In this document: in pieces, positions 60,675 to 64,000 of the stretch
Numbering within the stretch: the stretch's first letter is position 1
Layout: the number at the start of each line of letters is the position of its first letter
Source of the DNA: Mobula hypostoma
Taxonomy: Eukaryota
NCBI RefSeq assembly: GCF_963921235.1
Contig: NC_086097.1
Span: 10,416,001-10,480,000, forward strand
Reading direction: 5' to 3'
DNA: 64,000 nt
Made by a program: the position numbers and the translations under genes
The notes under the pieces: model-generated
What the model saw: the letters and a program-made list of their open reading frames with translations, nothing else
Told to the model about the DNA's origin: nothing
The model's database searches: none

Positions 60675-62670
60675 ACAGAACATAGAAACCTACAGCACAT
60701 TACAGGCCCTTCGGCCCACAGTGTAGTGCCGACCATGTAATCTATTCTAGAAATTGCCTAGCATTTCTCTACCACATAGCCCTCTAGTTTTCTAAGCTCC
60801 ATGTACCCATCTATGAGTCTCTTAAAGGACCCTTGTGTATCTGGCTCTACCACCGTCGCCAGCAGTGCACTCCACGCACCCACCACTCTCTGTATGAAAA
60901 ACTTACCTCTGACATCCCCCTTGTACCCACTTCCAAGCACCTTAAAGTATACCCTCTCATGTTAGCCACTTCAGCCCTTGGAAAAAGCCCCTGGCTATCC
61001 AGATGATCAATACTTCTCATCATCTTATACACCTCTATCAGGTCACCTGTTATCCTCTGGCACTCCAAGGAGAACAGGCAAAGTTCACTCAACCTATCTT
61101 CATATGGCATGCTTTCTAATCGAGGCAACTTCCTTGTAATACACACAAAATACTGAAGGAACTCAGCATCTATGGAAAAAAAGTACAGTCAATGTTTCAG
61201 GCTGAAATTCTTCGGTTAGACAGATTTTCTCTTGCTTGTGTTTGCAGCATCTGCAGATTTTCTCTGGTTTATGAATGTCATTGTAAATCTCCTCTGCACA
61301 CTTTCTATAGAATCCACATCCTTCCTCAAGTGAGGTGACCAGAACTGAACACAATACACCAAGTGAGGTCTAACTATGATCTTATATAACTTTACCTCAC
61401 AGTTCTAGAACTCAATCTCATGGTTGATGAAGGCCAAAACACCATATGCCTTCTTAACAAAACTCTCAACCTGCACAGCAGCTTTGAGTGTTCTATGGAC
61501 ATGGACTCCAAGATCTTGCTGATCCTCCTCACTGCCAAGAGTCTTACCGTTAATATTATATTATGTCTTCAAATTTGACCTACTGAAATTAACCACTTCA
61601 CACTTATGTGGGTTGAACTCCATCTGCCACTTCTCAGCCCAGTTTGCATCCTATCGATGTCCCGCTGTAACCTCTGACAACCCTCCAGATTAATCACAAC
61701 ACCCCTAACTTTCGTGTCATCAGCAAAGTTACTAACCCACCCTTCTACTTCTTCATCCAGGTCATTTATGAAAATCACAGAGAGAAGGAGTCCCAGAACA
61801 GATCCCTGCAGAACACCATCAGGCAAAATACAAACCATCTACAACCAACTTTTGCCTTTTGTGGGAAAACCAATTCTGGATCCACAAAGCAAGGTTTCCT
61901 TGGATCCCATGCCTCCCTACTTTTTGAATGAGCCTGGCATGGGGAACCTTATCAAATGCCTTACTGAAAGCCATATACACTACATGAACTACTCTACTTT
62001 CATCAAGTGTTTTGTTACATCTTCAAAGAATTCAGTCAGGCCTGTAAGGCAACGATCTGCCCTTGACAAAGCCACACTGACTACCCCTAATCAGACTATA
62101 TCTCTCCAAAGGCTCAGCAATCTTCTCCCTTGCTTCCCACAGCAGCCTGTAGTATATCTCATTCGGTCCTGGCGACATCTAAATTAATACCTTTCAAAAG
62201 CTCCAGAACATCCTTTTTCTTAATGCCTATATGCTCCAGCTTTTCAGAACACTGTAAGTCATCCCCACAATTGCCAAGCTCCTTTTTACTGGTGAATACT
62301 GAAGCAAAGTACTGAAGTACATTCAGCCAGAGACTCATTCCACCGAGATGCAGCACAGAGCGTCATAGGAAGTCATTCTTGCCTGTGGCCATCAAACTTT
62401 ACAACTTCTCCCTTGGAGGGTCAGACACCCTGAGCCAATAGGCTGGTCCTGGACTTATTTCATAATTTACTGGCATAATTTACATATTACTATTTAACTA
62501 TCTATGGTTCTATTACTATTTATTATTTATGGTGAAACTGTAATGAAAACCAATTTCCCCCAGGATCAATAAAGTGTGACTATGACTAAGTACATCCACT
62601 ATCTCCTCCGACTCCGTGCACATGTTTCCAGTATCGCTCCTGATTGATTCTATTCTCGCACAGCTCATCC
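60675..62670 (-). mobile_element. CR1 ORF2 3' portion with nested PLE pLTR (61140-61275) and Rex1 tail (62320-62590)
   Basis: GVLQGSVLG..FINDLD...NFADDTK, GDLIEVYKMM, FFIQRVVGAW. Confidence 0.88.
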
Positions 62671-64000
62671 TCTTACTCTTTTTTCCAGCTCTTTCCACTC
62701 CATTTTTCTGAGTACTGATGTGGTTGATTGAAACAATATGGATAGGAGAGACTCGTCTAAAGACGGAGCTGGATAGGTTGAGAGATAAGTTAAGGAGGTA
62801 ATGCTCTCTTCCTGCCATTTGCACTGTGCCATCAGTACACAGACTCAAAGATCTCAATACCATTTCAAATGTTCCCTCTGCACCTTGAACAGTTGTGGGC
62901 CGGGGACTCCCAAGAGTTAATGAGGCTGTCACACTTTTTCACAAGGCTTCGGGAACACCTTTGAATCTTTTCCTGTGTCTGTCTGCTTGTGATAATAATC
63001 CAAGCAGACGGCCTGCTTCAGAAATCTCATGTCATGAATGTTAATTACATGGCCAGGGAAACAAAGCTGTGGATGCTGGTTTTGTAAAGCACTCATGTTA
63101 GTTTGTTTATTCTTCCATGGATTTAGTGAAATTTACAGAGGAAATTTAGGTAATATCTTTCCAGTGATGACTATAAGTAGCTCAGATCTCAGAAACGTGT
63201 TGGAGTTCAGGGACAGCAGCTGCAGAGCGGACTATGAGTTTTGCTACAGGTCTACAACATTGACCTTCAAATATTCTATCTCTCTTATAATAAAAGTCTG
63301 TGCATGCACATTGATGGTGATGGCAAAATTCATCATTGTTACTTGACATGGTCCACTTATTTATTTATTTGGAGATATAACATGGTAACAGGCCCTTCTG
63401 GCCCACAAGCCCATGCTGCCCCATTGCACACATGTGATCAATGAATCTACTAACCCGCATGTGTTTGGACTATGGGAGGAAACGCACACAGTCGCAGGGA
63501 GAATGTACAAACTCCTTACAAACAGTGCTGGGAACTGAATCCAGGTCACTGTAATAGATTTACATTAATCACTACACTGTCTGCCACCCTTTTCATAGTC
63601 ATACTTGGTGAGACGTTTTCCCAGGATTCATCATGGAACCTCATTGTTGGAAGGCGGTGTCAAGTAACAGTGATAGGTTGGTACTCCTGTGGCACAGAGC
63701 AGGGAGACCTCACTGCAGCTATTACAGTCGTACTGTCTGCTTTCTTACAGATGGTCAGGATGACAGCACCTCTGATTGTCGTCTGCTCTTTCCGATTATG
63801 GCGTGGCGATTGTGCAAATCAGAGAGAACTTGCACTCCTCCTGCTTTTACAGGAGGAAGGTTTTCTTTTAGTTGCTCGAGCTAAGCTTCATTGGTATTCG
63901 AGTGACCCAATATTCAAATCATTTTGGAACTGTCCAAACATGAAAGACTTTCACCTAAGACCCAATCAAGTTACTGTCTGCCTTACCATTCAACAGTATC

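Noticed and set aside
63735..63865. Possible exon after TTTCTTACAG
   Set aside because: Translation not recognisable in any frame and donor poor; needs RNA-seq

Overview
Eukaryotic, vertebrate-type intergenic or intronic DNA made almost entirely of nested transposable elements; I found no host protein-coding exon I can support. The repeat mix suggests a cartilaginous fish such as a ray (inference): abundant CR1 LINEs, V-domain (HE1-like) SINEs, Rex1/Babar, Neptune-type Penelope-like elements (PLEs), RTE, R4/Dong, Hero and fish-type L1. Main items: (1) a PLE family whose pseudo-LTR (pLTR) carries a minimal hammerhead ribozyme motif. Several inverted or truncated pLTR copies break at nearly the same point inside the ribozyme, and insertions carry 14-15 bp target-site duplications (TSDs). 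(2) A Gypsy LTR element (6069-9256, minus) with a tRNA-Trp primer-binding site (PBS), a -1 frameshift signal and an internal deletion. (3) An L1 with a clean 5' inversion and an 18-bp TSD. (4) A non-coding retroposon family with an AAGATGG start and a 3' hairpin. (5) Short unique AT-rich islands that may be conserved non-coding elements. Most ORFs in the supplied track are TE remnants or antisense/low-complexity artefacts. Boundaries of degenerate repeats are approximate and family names come from motif recognition, not database searches.
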